DNA of 64,000 bases from an uncultured Gemmatimonadales bacterium (GCA_963716255.1 OY970303.1:6144001-6208000), one strand, 5' to 3'. Positions 42,285 to 53,550 are shown, counted from the stretch's first letter. The notes: generated by a model from the letters alone, not told the origin. Numbers and translations: made by a program.

Positions 42285-42351
42285 AAACGGCAGGCAACAG
42301 GGTTCATCGGTTCACGCGCAGCGTGAAGCGTCACAGCCTGCGACGGCAACT

Positions 42352-42382
42352 GCGCCCCCGCCGGGAGATCCCGGCGGGGGCG
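42352..42382. terminator. Hairpin nearly identical to the one at 26258-26287
   Basis: CGCCCCCGCCGGGA-GA-TCCCGGCGGGGGCG. Confidence 0.55.
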
Positions 42383-42416
42383 TTCGGCCTTCACCCGGCT
42401 CGCTTGAGGCTCGCCA

Positions 42417-42440
42417 CCCTCTCCCGATGTTGGGAGAGGG
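42417..42440. repeat. REP-like palindrome
   Basis: CCCTCTCCC-GATGTT-GGGAGAGGG. Confidence 0.65.
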
Positions 42441-42634
42441 GGCTAACGGCATGTGCCCCCGCGGGCTCCGGGGTTGATGGTCGGCCGTGGGAGGCTCCTC
42501 CGGCAGTGCGAAACTCGCCCATCGCCCGATGTGAGGGCGAGATCACGCTGGCTTCGAACAAACGCACCGCCTGCGGACCCTCCCCCGACCTCGCGGCGCA
42601 GATCACAACCGCAACAGCCCTGTCGTTGGTCGTT

Positions 42635-42688
42635 CTCCCCTCTCCCGCTTGCGGGGGAGGGGCGGCGCGCAGCGCCGGGGAGGGGGCC
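42635..42688. repeat. REP-like palindrome
   Basis: CCCCTCTCCCGC-TT-GCGGGGGAGGGG plus a second hairpin. Confidence 0.7.
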
Positions 42689-42713
42689 CCCGGCGGACGC
42701 CAGCGCGATCCCC

Positions 42714-42844
42714 GCGTGAGGGATTTCGGCCCGAAGGGGCGAGACCCCGCGGGCAGTTTCGCGGGGGCTCGACTCCGTTAGCGAGCGTTGTTTGCTCGCT
42801 TACGGAGCCGAAGCCCGACCCCGGCGCCAGCCGGGGGCACGCCC
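42714..42844 (+). repeat. Dispersed ~130-nt structured intergenic element, copy 3
   Basis: Shared core sequence. Confidence 0.95.
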
Positions 42845-42855
42845 AAAGCCGCCGT

Positions 42856-45519
<2,664 letters not shown>

Positions 45520-45606
45520 GAACTCTCCTGGGGGGGTGGGCAAGCTCTTCGGTGGATGCGGGCGGCGCCGCGACTGCCCGCGCGACGGAGGCAAGATCGG
45601 GACCCG

Positions 45607-46425
45607 CTACCCCCCGGAGCGCCGGCCGCGCGCCGCGGGGTTCGTGTCGTCCCAGGCATGCTCCCCGAGCAGCGGATCCAGGACTTCGTGGAGGAAGAGC
45701 GACAGGATCGCCGGCGGACCCCCGGCGGCGAGCTCGCGAAGCGTCCGCCCGGTGAGGTGGTGCGCCAGCCGGCCCAGCGTATGCTCGTGCACGCCGAGCT
45801 CGGAGGCCACGGCTCCCCATCCGTGGTCGGGGACCTTGCTTCCCACCCCCCGCAGGAGCAGGAGCCAGTGCAGCATGTCTTCGAGGCGGAGCGCCCGGGA
45901 GCCGTGGCTCGCCCGGCGCCAGTACCGCCAGAGGGTGCGCCGGTCGCAGCCGGCCATCTGCGCGAGGCGCGCCACGGTGCGGACGGGCGGGACCACCCGG
46001 CAGGAGCAGGCGAGGGCGGTGCGGAGCGGGACGGCGAGGTCGGTGGAGCTCTCGAAGGCGGACGCCAGGCGATGCAGCAGCCCCGAGGCGCGGGCCCGGG
46101 TGACGGCGGTCCCCAGCCGCGCGTCCACCTCGTCCGGCCAGACCACCTCTTCCACGCGCAGCCCGGTGAGGTGGCGCAGGTTGTCGGCGTCCCTCCGGGT
46201 CACCAGGACGACGGGCTGGAGCGGATGGCGCAGCTTGAACCCGGCCAGCCGGGAGCAGGCCGGCTCGTCGGCCAGCCGCTCGACCGCCACCACGGAGCAT
46301 TCCGCGGCCGGCGCGGCGCGCTCGAAGCCGCGCCAGTCCCAGGCCGCGAGCACCTGCTCGCCGGCGGGCAGCGCCGCCCGCAGCCTTTCGTTCAGCTTCC
46401 TGTCCGGGCAGAAGAGCGCCAGCAT
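45607..46425 (-). CDS. Putative AraC-like HTH regulator with degenerate receiver-like N-terminus
   Basis: PVVLVT; TVARLAQMAGCDRRTLWR and WGAVASELG..EHTLGR tandem HTH-like motifs. Confidence 0.6.
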   Translation of the reverse strand: MLALFCPDRKLNERLRAALPAGEQVLAAWDWRGFERAAPAAECSVVAVERLADEPACSRLAGFKLRHPLQPVVLVTRRDADNLRHLTGLRVEEVVWPDEVDARLGTAVTRARASGLLHRLASAFESSTDLAVPLRTALACSCRVVPPVRTVARLAQMAGCDRRTLWRYWRRASHGSRALRLEDMLHWLLLLRGVGSKVPDHGWGAVASELGVHEHTLGRLAHHLTGRTLRELAAGGPPAILSLFLHEVLDPLLGEHAWDDTNPAARGRRSGG

Positions 46426-46610
46426 GGGACACCCCGGTCTCGGGATGCCTGCAAAGCAGGGTGCCCGTGTAATATGCGGTGTCCGGCGGGGGTGTCCAGG
46501 GCAAGGGGCACGCCGGGGTGGCCGGGCGCGGGGGGCGCGCCTACCTTGCACGGGGGCCGGCCGCGGGCCCGCCGTCGAGGTGCGCCGGTGGATCCGCTCC
46601 GCGCAAGGCG

Positions 46611-47462
46611 ATGACGCACACGGTGATCTCGGTGGACGGCTCGCGGTACCTGCGGTGGCAGGCCGACCTGCTCGCCTTCTCCCACCGGCGGGCGAGGCAG
46701 CCGGGGCCGCTCACGCGCCTGTGGTCAGCCCGGGAGCCACCGCCGGCCTTCGCGGGACGCACGTTCCGTACGGAGCCGGGCCCCGCCCCCCGCGCGTGTG
46801 CGGACGACTACCCGCCCCTCAACCGGCCCCGGGCACTGCACGCCTGGCTCAGGGAGGCGCCCCCCGCGGAGGAGTCAGTCCTGGTCCTCGACCCGGACTG
46901 CGTCTTCCTGGCCCCGCTGGCGGAACCCGCGTCCCGTGGAGACCCGGTCGCCCAGCCCATCGGCTACCTGGACCCGGAGCGCCACCCGGAGCTCGTGCGG
47001 CGGCACTGCCGCAGGCCGGGGGCGGTGCAGGGGATGGGGATTCCCGTGCTCATCCACCGGGACGACCTGGCGGCGCTGCTCCCGGCCTGGCTGGAAAAGA
47101 CGGAAGCGATCCGCGGCGACGCGAGGAGCAGGGTGCTGGCGGGGTGGGTGGCGGAGATGTGGGGGTACGCTTTCGCCGCGGCGGAGGCGGGGATGCGGCA
47201 CGCGCTGCGCGAGACGGCCCGGTTCTCCACGGAGGACCGCGCGGACCTTCCCATCGTCCACTACTGCTACGCCTGCGCGGATCCCTCCGGCCGATGGCGG
47301 TGGGACAAGAGGAGCCACCTGCCCTGGGCATGCGTGGCGGAGCCGCCCGCCGGCACGCCGCGGGCGGCCGTCGCGCTGATCGGCCTGCTGAACGAGTGGG
47401 TGGCGGAGGAAGGGCACCGCATCCCGCCGGGGGCCGCCCCCCGCTGGAGGAGACACCACTGA
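46611..47462 (+). CDS. HPAT/SERGT1-like (GT95/GT96-like) glycosyltransferase
   Basis: YLRWQ, QPGPLTRL, YPPLNRP, LDPDC (DxD), GWVAEMWGYAFAAA, IVHYCY, WDKRSHL are colinear with plant HPAT/SERGT1 motifs as recalled. Confidence 0.82.
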   Translation: MTHTVISVDGSRYLRWQADLLAFSHRRARQPGPLTRLWSAREPPPAFAGRTFRTEPGPAPRACADDYPPLNRPRALHAWLREAPPAEESVLVLDPDCVFLAPLAEPASRGDPVAQPIGYLDPERHPELVRRHCRRPGAVQGMGIPVLIHRDDLAALLPAWLEKTEAIRGDARSRVLAGWVAEMWGYAFAAAEAGMRHALRETARFSTEDRADLPIVHYCYACADPSGRWRWDKRSHLPWACVAEPPAGTPRAAVALIGLLNEWVAEEGHRIPPGAAPRWRRHH

Positions 47463-47499
47463 TGCCGGGGCCGGTTGAACGGACCGGACGACAGGGTCC

Positions 47500-47630
47500 G
47501 GGCGTGCTCCCGGCTGGCGCCGGGGTCGGGCTTCGGCTCCGTAACGCACGATACGACCGTGCGTAACGGAGTCGAGCCCCCGCGAAACTGCCCGCGGGGT
47601 CTCGCCCCTTCGGGCCGAAATCCCTCACGC
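47500..47630 (-). repeat. Dispersed ~130-nt structured intergenic element, copy 4
   Basis: Reverse complement of the shared core. Confidence 0.95.
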
Positions 47631-47691
47631 GGGGCTCGCGCTGGCGTCAGCTGGGCAGCCCACCCTGGCCCCGGCCCGGCGCGCGTGCAGC

Positions 47692-48528
47692 TTAGCCGTC
47701 CTCCTGGAGGCGGTCCGCGAACTCCGCAAGCGAAAGCCTGGTCTGGTGGCCGGGCGCCCGCCCCAGGACGGGGGAGCTCCCCTGGAAGTAGTGCTTCTGC
47801 CATTCCTGGCGCCGCGACTCCGACCCGGGCCGCCGGAGCTCGCTGTTGAACCACGCACGGTCCTCGGCCCACTCCTCGTAGGGCTCCCGGACCTCCGGGC
47901 AGCGCTCGATGTCCCGGATCTCGGGGCGGAACGCCTCCAGCTCTCCACGCCGCTGCGGCACGAGCATGGCAATGGGCTCGCCCGCGGGAAAGGTCACCGG
48001 GCGGCGCCGCCGGGTCACCTGCCAGTTCATCGTGAAGGTGGCGTACGACCAGTCGGCCTCCACCAGCCCCTCCAGCGGGCAGGCTCCGTCCCGCGGCCAG
48101 TTGGCGGGGCCGCGCACCAGCAGGTTGTACCCCGGGGCGGTCCGGAACAGGTACGGCACGTGCCAGGTGAGGATGCCGTGGCCGAAGTGGCTCACGGCGG
48201 GGCAGGGCGGATCCCCGCCGAGGAGCTCCACCCGCAGGCTCGCCGCGGCCTTCCCGCCGGCCCAGGTCGCACGCACGGTGTGCGCGCTCAGGAGGAACCA
48301 GCCCGCCTGGTTCGCCACGAGCAGGGGGAGGCAGCGGAGGGCGAAGCGCCGGTCGGTCGCGTCCATCCACTCCCGGTCCCGCGATGCCGGCACCAGCGGC
48401 ATCGCCATGGACCGGTTGACGCAGTAGGCGGTGAGCAGCGGCGCCGGGCCCCGCTCCCCGGGGGGCGCAGAGACCGGCGCCGCCCCGTCTCCCATCCTGC
48501 TCCGGACTCCCGTCCGCGGTTCGTCCAC
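47692..48528 (-). CDS. DUF6065 family protein
   Basis: REWMD, RCLPLLVANQAGW, SHFGHGILTW, LFRT..GYNL..GP.N, GLVEADW..TFTMNW, WQKHYFQG. Confidence 0.8.
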   Translation of the reverse strand: MDEPRTGVRSRMGDGAAPVSAPPGERGPAPLLTAYCVNRSMAMPLVPASRDREWMDATDRRFALRCLPLLVANQAGWFLLSAHTVRATWAGGKAAASLRVELLGGDPPCPAVSHFGHGILTWHVPYLFRTAPGYNLLVRGPANWPRDGACPLEGLVEADWSYATFTMNWQVTRRRRPVTFPAGEPIAMLVPQRRGELEAFRPEIRDIERCPEVREPYEEWAEDRAWFNSELRRPGSESRRQEWQKHYFQGSSPVLGRAPGHQTRLSLAEFADRLQEDG

Positions 48529-48532
48529 GGCG

Positions 48533-49480
48533 CTATGCGAAGACGTTGACGTCGCTCGTGATGCTGTCCGTCCTAGTGACCGGCGGCCCCTCCGCCCTGT
48601 TGCCGCACATGCACTGCAGCGTGACGGTCAGCTCCAGGGTGATGGTACCGTTCCCGGTGAAGCGGACGGTGACCTTCTCCGCGGTGGCGCCCGCGGTGAT
48701 GGCCGCGATCCCGGCCGGCCTCTGGGCGGTGATCCTCCACCGGAACGTGAGCGCTTCTCCGCACTTGCCGTCCCTGCCCGGGCCGCACCTTCCCTTGCAC
48801 TTGGGCGAGCCCATCAGGTAGTTGGGCCTGAAGTCCCGCTCCACGGCGAGCACCCGCGTGAACCGGTGCGGATGCCGCTCGACCGTCTGGGTCTCGGTCC
48901 TTTCTCCGACCTTCCGGATCCCCTCCTCCTTCAGCTCCAGCACGGGCTCGCAGCGCGACGGCGGGGGAGGTGGAGGCGGCGGTGGCGGCCCCGGCGGTGG
49001 CGGCGGCGACGGAGGAGGTGGCGGTGATGGCGGTGGCGGCGGTCCAGGCGGCGGCGGCGGACCGGGAAAGGAATCCGCGGACGCCAGCGCTTCGTCGAGG
49101 CGCGCGTGCGGCGCCGGCACCACGATGGAGTCGCAGCCGGGGAGCAGCAGGGCCGCCACCCCCGCCACCCCCAGGGCCAGCACCTCGCGCCGGGTGAGCC
49201 GGCGCTCCTCGCGCGACCTGTCCAGGGGCTCGCGGAGCAGGCCGGCCCGGTCCAGCTGCTCCAGCGCCAGCCAGACCACGTGCTCGGCGGCCCGCGGGTC
49301 GACCGCGAGGCCGAGCTGCGCCGCGATCTGCTCCACCGTCCGCTGCCCGTCGCAGAGGCTCCAGACCCGGGAGGTCGCGGGGTTGAGCCGGTGGGCCCGG
49401 TGGCGCTCTAGGTCGTAGACGACCAGCTCCCCGCCCACCTCGTTGGTCAGCAACCGCTCGTTTCGTCGCTCCGGTGTCAT
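48533..49480 (-). CDS. PqqD/RRE-fused protein with twin-arginine segment, (S/G)P5 repeats and Cys-containing C-terminal domain
   Basis: GELVVYD..AHRLN.AT.VW.LCDG.RTV.QIA...LEQL..AGLL; LTRREVL plus hydrophobic stretch; AGGAGG RBS. Confidence 0.85.
   Translation of the reverse strand: MTPERRNERLLTNEVGGELVVYDLERHRAHRLNPATSRVWSLCDGQRTVEQIAAQLGLAVDPRAAEHVVWLALEQLDRAGLLREPLDRSREERRLTRREVLALGVAGVAALLLPGCDSIVVPAPHARLDEALASADSFPGPPPPPGPPPPPSPPPPPSPPPPPGPPPPPPPPPPSRCEPVLELKEEGIRKVGERTETQTVERHPHRFTRVLAVERDFRPNYLMGSPKCKGRCGPGRDGKCGEALTFRWRITAQRPAGIAAITAGATAEKVTVRFTGNGTITLELTVTLQCMCGNRAEGPPVTRTDSITSDVNVFA
48959..49066 (-). repeat. Coding repeat (G/S)PPPPP x5
   Basis: PGPPPPPGPPPPPSPPPPPSPPPPPGPPPPPPPPPP using mixed Pro codons. 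Confidence 0.9.
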
Positions 49481-49507
49481 CCTGCACCTCCTGTCGTCCC
49501 CGGGAAG

Positions 49508-50422
49508 CTACCCGGACGGAGAGATGGGGACGCGGTCTCCCGGTCGCCGTCCTGATGCCCTTTCCAGCCGCCGGATCAGGGATCCGGCGGCCTCATGGGC
49601 CTCGCCCCGCCGGCACGCGAGGGCGTCCGCGCCGGCGGCCACGCGTCCGAGCGATTCCAGCGCGAACGCCGTCCGGTCGCCGGCGAGCAGGCTGCGCTCG
49701 AGCATCGCCAGCACCGCCTGCCCCGGCGAAAGCGCGCGCGGACGCCAGCGCGCGCCCGGCGCGTAGCGCGCGACGGCGACCAGGGCCACGGGGATGGGCT
49801 CCACCCCGGCGCGTCCTCCCAGCTCCCGCAGGGGGAGCTCCCGCGCAGGGGCGCCGTCTCCGTCCCCCACCGAGGGGGTCACCGGGTAGGGATGGGCGCG
49901 CCCCCGCGCGTCGAGCACCGCGAACTCGTCCGAGTAGTAGGCGGCCCCGGCCCGCACCAGGGCCGCCACCAGCGAGGTGGTACCGCTTCGCCCGTGGCCA
50001 AGGACCACCAGCGCCCTCCCACCCCAGCCCACCACGCCCGCCCGCACGAAGAGCCGGGTCCGGGTGGCGAGCGCGGCCGCGTAGTGGAGGTCGTCCTCCA
50101 GCACCGCGAGCACCTCGTCGAGCCGCGAAGAGCGGGCGAGCCGCGCCGTGCCCGCGTACAGCAGGTGGTAGCGGTGGAACGGAGAGCCCGCTCCCGGATC
50201 GCCCACGACCAGGGAGTACAGCTCGTCCACCCGGCGGGCGGACGAGGGCTTCCAACCCGGCGGCAGGCGCTCCCGGACGCGGTCCAGGACATCGGGCCCG
50301 GTCGCCCGGATCCCGATGCGGGCGCCCTGGACGGCGACGGCGAGCCCGTCTTTCCACCCCAGGCGCTCGAGCCTGGCGAGACAGAGGGAGCAGCCCCGGC
50401 GCGGACTCAGCTCGGGCAGCAT
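49508..50422 (-). CDS. HPr kinase-related P-loop protein with degenerate active-site motifs
   Basis: FVRAGVV..GRALVVLGHGRSGTTSLVAALVRAGAAYYSDEFA. Confidence 0.75.
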   Translation of the reverse strand: MLPELSPRRGCSLCLARLERLGWKDGLAVAVQGARIGIRATGPDVLDRVRERLPPGWKPSSARRVDELYSLVVGDPGAGSPFHRYHLLYAGTARLARSSRLDEVLAVLEDDLHYAAALATRTRLFVRAGVVGWGGRALVVLGHGRSGTTSLVAALVRAGAAYYSDEFAVLDARGRAHPYPVTPSVGDGDGAPARELPLRELGGRAGVEPIPVALVAVARYAPGARWRPRALSPGQAVLAMLERSLLAGDRTAFALESLGRVAAGADALACRRGEAHEAAGSLIRRLERASGRRPGDRVPISPSG

Positions 50423-50649
50423 GCCGGTGGGTGTCGGGTGTGGCCGGACGGGGGCGGCATAGCGGAGCCGCCCGCATCCCAGTATCCGGCGGCCAGGGGG
50501 GGGCGGTCAACCGCAGGTTGTCTCTCCAGGCACCACATCGTCCCACCGGACCGGTCCTGGACGGAAAGGCGGCGGGGCCCCCGCGCCCGCAGGGACCCCG
50601 CTGTTCTTCTGCCGACGCCGGCCCGGAGCCGCGAAGCTGCGCGCCCGGC

Positions 50650-51264
50650 TCACTTGGGCTGAAGCAGCTCGCCCCCGCCCACCGCCTTGTAGAACTTGAG
50701 GTTGACGTACTCGTTGTCGGCCTTGGTGTTGTAGTGCCGGTAGAGCGAGAGCGTCATGGGGTGCCTCCACATCAGCGAGGGCTTGCCGTTGGTGGGGGTG
50801 TGGGGGATCGCCTGCTCGTTGAGCCAACCGGCGCAGTCCAGGCAGCACCCCTTGGTGACACCCACCTGGAACCCGTGGGCGGCGAGCAGCTTCTTGGTCA
50901 TGCCCTCGGTGTTCGTCAGCACGTACCGGACGATCACCATCTCGGCGTGGAGCCCCGAGCCGGCGGACCCGTCGATCTGGCCGGGGTAGGGGCAGAACAC
51001 CACGCTCGTGACGCTGAACTTTTCCTTGAGCACCTCCGCGTTGTACGACGGGAGCTTTCCGCCCTGGCGGGCGACGTACAGGGTGTTCCCCATCCGGGCG
51101 GTCGCCGTCGTCGACTCGCTGGGCAGGTCGTCGTCGTCGTGGAGGTCGTTGGCGAGCTTGGTGAGCTTCAGGATCCAGTCGCCCTTTTTGTTGAACTTCT
51201 CGGCGCCGCTTCCGAGCCTGCTCTCGGCGCGCTCGCCGGCCTCGTCCCAGCTCATCTTGGGCAT
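50650..51264 (-). CDS. Putative Zn-dependent nucleic acid/nucleotide deaminase (toxin-deaminase-like)
   Basis: LHAEMVI...VGVTKGCCLDC...WRHP; AGGAG RBS. Confidence 0.72.
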   Translation of the reverse strand: MPKMSWDEAGERAESRLGSGAEKFNKKGDWILKLTKLANDLHDDDDLPSESTTATARMGNTLYVARQGGKLPSYNAEVLKEKFSVTSVVFCPYPGQIDGSAGSGLHAEMVIVRYVLTNTEGMTKKLLAAHGFQVGVTKGCCLDCAGWLNEQAIPHTPTNGKPSLMWRHPMTLSLYRHYNTKADNEYVNLKFYKAVGGGELLQPK

Positions 51265-51308
51265 GGAGACTCCTGCGGGGAGGGGGGAGGGAGGAACAAC
51301 GCGGAGCC

Positions 51309-51438
51309 GCGTGAGGGATTTCGGCCCGAAGGGGCGAGACCCGGCGGCAGTTTGCCGGGGCTCGACTCCGTAGGGCTGCGTCGTTTGCAGCCCTACGGAG
51401 CCGAAGCCCGACCCCCGCGCCCCGCGGGGGGCACGCCC
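51309..51438 (+). repeat. Dispersed ~130-nt structured intergenic element, copy 5
   Basis: Shared core sequence. Confidence 0.95.
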
Positions 51439-51479
51439 GAACCCGCCGTAGCCGTTTTAAGCCGTTGCCCTTCAGCCGT

Positions 51480-53108
51480 TCACTTCTCGGACATGAACGG
51501 GTACTGCCACTCCCGCGGCGGCGAGAACGTTTCCTTGATGGTGCGCGGCGAGATCCACCGCACCAGGTTCAGGATGGAGCCCGCCTTGTCGTTGGTGCCG
51601 CTGGCCCGCCCGCCGCCGAAGGGCTGCTGCCCGACCACCGCGCCCGTGGGCTTGTCGTTGATGTAGTAGTTCCCGGCCGCGTTGCGCAGCTCCTGCTCGG
51701 CCTGGAGCACCGCGCGGCGGTCGTTCGCGAACACGGCGCCGGTGAGCGCGTACGGCGTGGTGCGGTCCACGACGCGCAGCGTGTCCTCCCACTTGGCCTC
51801 GGGGTACACGTACAGCGACACCACGGGCCCGAAGACCTCCTCGCACATCAGCTGGTACCCGGAATCCTTCGCCTGCACCAGTGTGGGCTCGATGAAGTAG
51901 CCCTCCTCGTCGCTGAAGCCGCCGCCCGCGACGATCTCCACGTCGTCGGCCTGCTGCGCGTGCTTGACGTACCCGGTGATCTTGTCGTACGCCTTGCGGT
52001 CGATCACCGCGCCCATGAAGTTCCGGAAGTCGGCCGGGTCGCCCACCTTGATCTCGGCCATCATCTCCGTCACCCGCTCGCGCAGGCGCGGCCAGATGGA
52101 GTCGGGGACGTAGATGCGCGACGCCGCGCTGCACTTCTGCCCCTGGTACTCGAACCCGCCCCGCACGATCGCCACGGCCAGCGCGTCCACGTCGGCGCTG
52201 GCGTGCGCCAGGATGAAGTCCTTGCCCCCCGTCTCGCCCACCAGCCGCGGGTAGCCGGCGTAGCCGCCGATGTTGTTCCCCACCGTCTTCCAGATGTTCT
52301 GGAACACCGCGGTGGAGCCGGTGAAGTGGATCCCGGCGAGCGCCCGGTCCTTGAGGAGGACGTCGCTGATCATCACCGGGTCGCCGGGGAGCAGGTTCAC
52401 CACCCCGGGCGGGAGCCCGGCCTCTTCCAGCAGGCGCATGATGTAGTAGGCGCTGTACATCGCGCTCGCCGCCGGCTTCCAGATGGCCACGTTCCCCAGG
52501 AGCGCGGGGGCGGTGGGGAGGTTGGCCGCGATGGAGGTGAAGTTGAAGGGCGTGACCGCGTAGACGAAGCCCTCCAGCGGGCGGTGGTCCAGCCGGTTCC
52601 ACGTCCCGGGGCCGGAGAGCGGCTGCTCGGAGTACAGCTGCCTGGCGAAGTGGACGTTGAAGCGGAAGAAGTCGATCAGCTCGCAGGCGGCGTCGATCTC
52701 GGCCTGGTGCGCCGTCTTGCTCTGCCCCAGCACGGTGGCCCCGTTGAGGATGGGGCGGTAGCGCGTCGCCAGCAGCTCGGCGGCGCGCAGGAAGATCGCG
52801 GCCCGCTCCTCCCACGGCCAGCGCGCCCAGTCGCGCTGCGCCCCGGTCGCCGCGTCGACCGCCTGCCGGACCTCGGCCTCGCCCGCCTGGTGGTAGGTCG
52901 CCAGCACGTGCGCGTGGTCGTGCGGCATCACGGACTCGGCCGTCCTGCCGGTGCGGATCTCCCGCCCGCCGACGATCACGGGAATCTCGATCTGCTCGCC
53001 GGCCATGCGCTTCAGCTCGGCCTTGAGCTCCGCCCGCTCCGGCGTGCCGGGGGCGTAGGAGAGCACCGGCTCGTTGCGCGGCTCGGGAACCTGGGGTATG
53101 GAATTCAT
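51480..53108 (-). CDS. pruA: L-glutamate gamma-semialdehyde (P5C) dehydrogenase
   Basis: QAEIDAACELIDF, PFNFT, FTGST, GETGGK, FEYQGQKCSA, EEVFGP, NDKPTGAVVGQQPFGG. Confidence 0.96.
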   Translation of the reverse strand: MNSIPQVPEPRNEPVLSYAPGTPERAELKAELKRMAGEQIEIPVIVGGREIRTGRTAESVMPHDHAHVLATYHQAGEAEVRQAVDAATGAQRDWARWPWEERAAIFLRAAELLATRYRPILNGATVLGQSKTAHQAEIDAACELIDFFRFNVHFARQLYSEQPLSGPGTWNRLDHRPLEGFVYAVTPFNFTSIAANLPTAPALLGNVAIWKPAASAMYSAYYIMRLLEEAGLPPGVVNLLPGDPVMISDVLLKDRALAGIHFTGSTAVFQNIWKTVGNNIGGYAGYPRLVGETGGKDFILAHASADVDALAVAIVRGGFEYQGQKCSAASRIYVPDSIWPRLRERVTEMMAEIKVGDPADFRNFMGAVIDRKAYDKITGYVKHAQQADDVEIVAGGGFSDEEGYFIEPTLVQAKDSGYQLMCEEVFGPVVSLYVYPEAKWEDTLRVVDRTTPYALTGAVFANDRRAVLQAEQELRNAAGNYYINDKPTGAVVGQQPFGGGRASGTNDKAGSILNLVRWISPRTIKETFSPPREWQYPFMSEK

Positions 53109-53319
53109 CACGGTCTCCTGGGTCGGTGTGAAGGCCCCTAAAGTATGCCGCGGGGCGGAGCCGCGCCACCCGCGCCGGGGCCCGGGAACCGGCCGGGCGG
53201 AGCGGCGTACAGGGACGCGGCGGGGCGTCGGCGCTGGCTTGACCGTGCCCGTGCACGCCGGTAACTTTGCCCTGGCCGCCCGCTTTCAACCCGCTCTGCT
53301 TGCAACCGGCTGTGCGCCC

Positions 53320-53550
53320 ATGAGCATCCTGGAGAAGATCGAGGACACGCTCGACACCATCCGTCCGGCGCTCCGCTCCGACGGCGGGGACGTGGAGCTG
53401 GTGGGCTTCGACGACGCGGACGGGACGGTGCAGGTGCGGCTGATGGGGGCGTGCAGCGCCTGTCCCATCTCCACCATGACCATGAAGCAGGGGATCGAGC
53501 GGCGCCTCAAGGCCGCGGTCCCCGAGGTCCGGGAAGTCCTGGCGGTCTGA
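53320..53550 (+). CDS. NifU/Nfu family Fe-S protein
   Basis: IRPALRSDGGDVELV, GACSAC. Confidence 0.93.
   Translation: MSILEKIEDTLDTIRPALRSDGGDVELVGFDDADGTVQVRLMGACSACPISTMTMKQGIERRLKAAVPEVREVLAV

Noticed and set aside
48533..50422. PqqD plus HprK-like genes as a lasso peptide or PQQ cluster
   Set aside because: No lasso cyclase, B2 peptidase, radical SAM enzyme or pqq genes in the locus.
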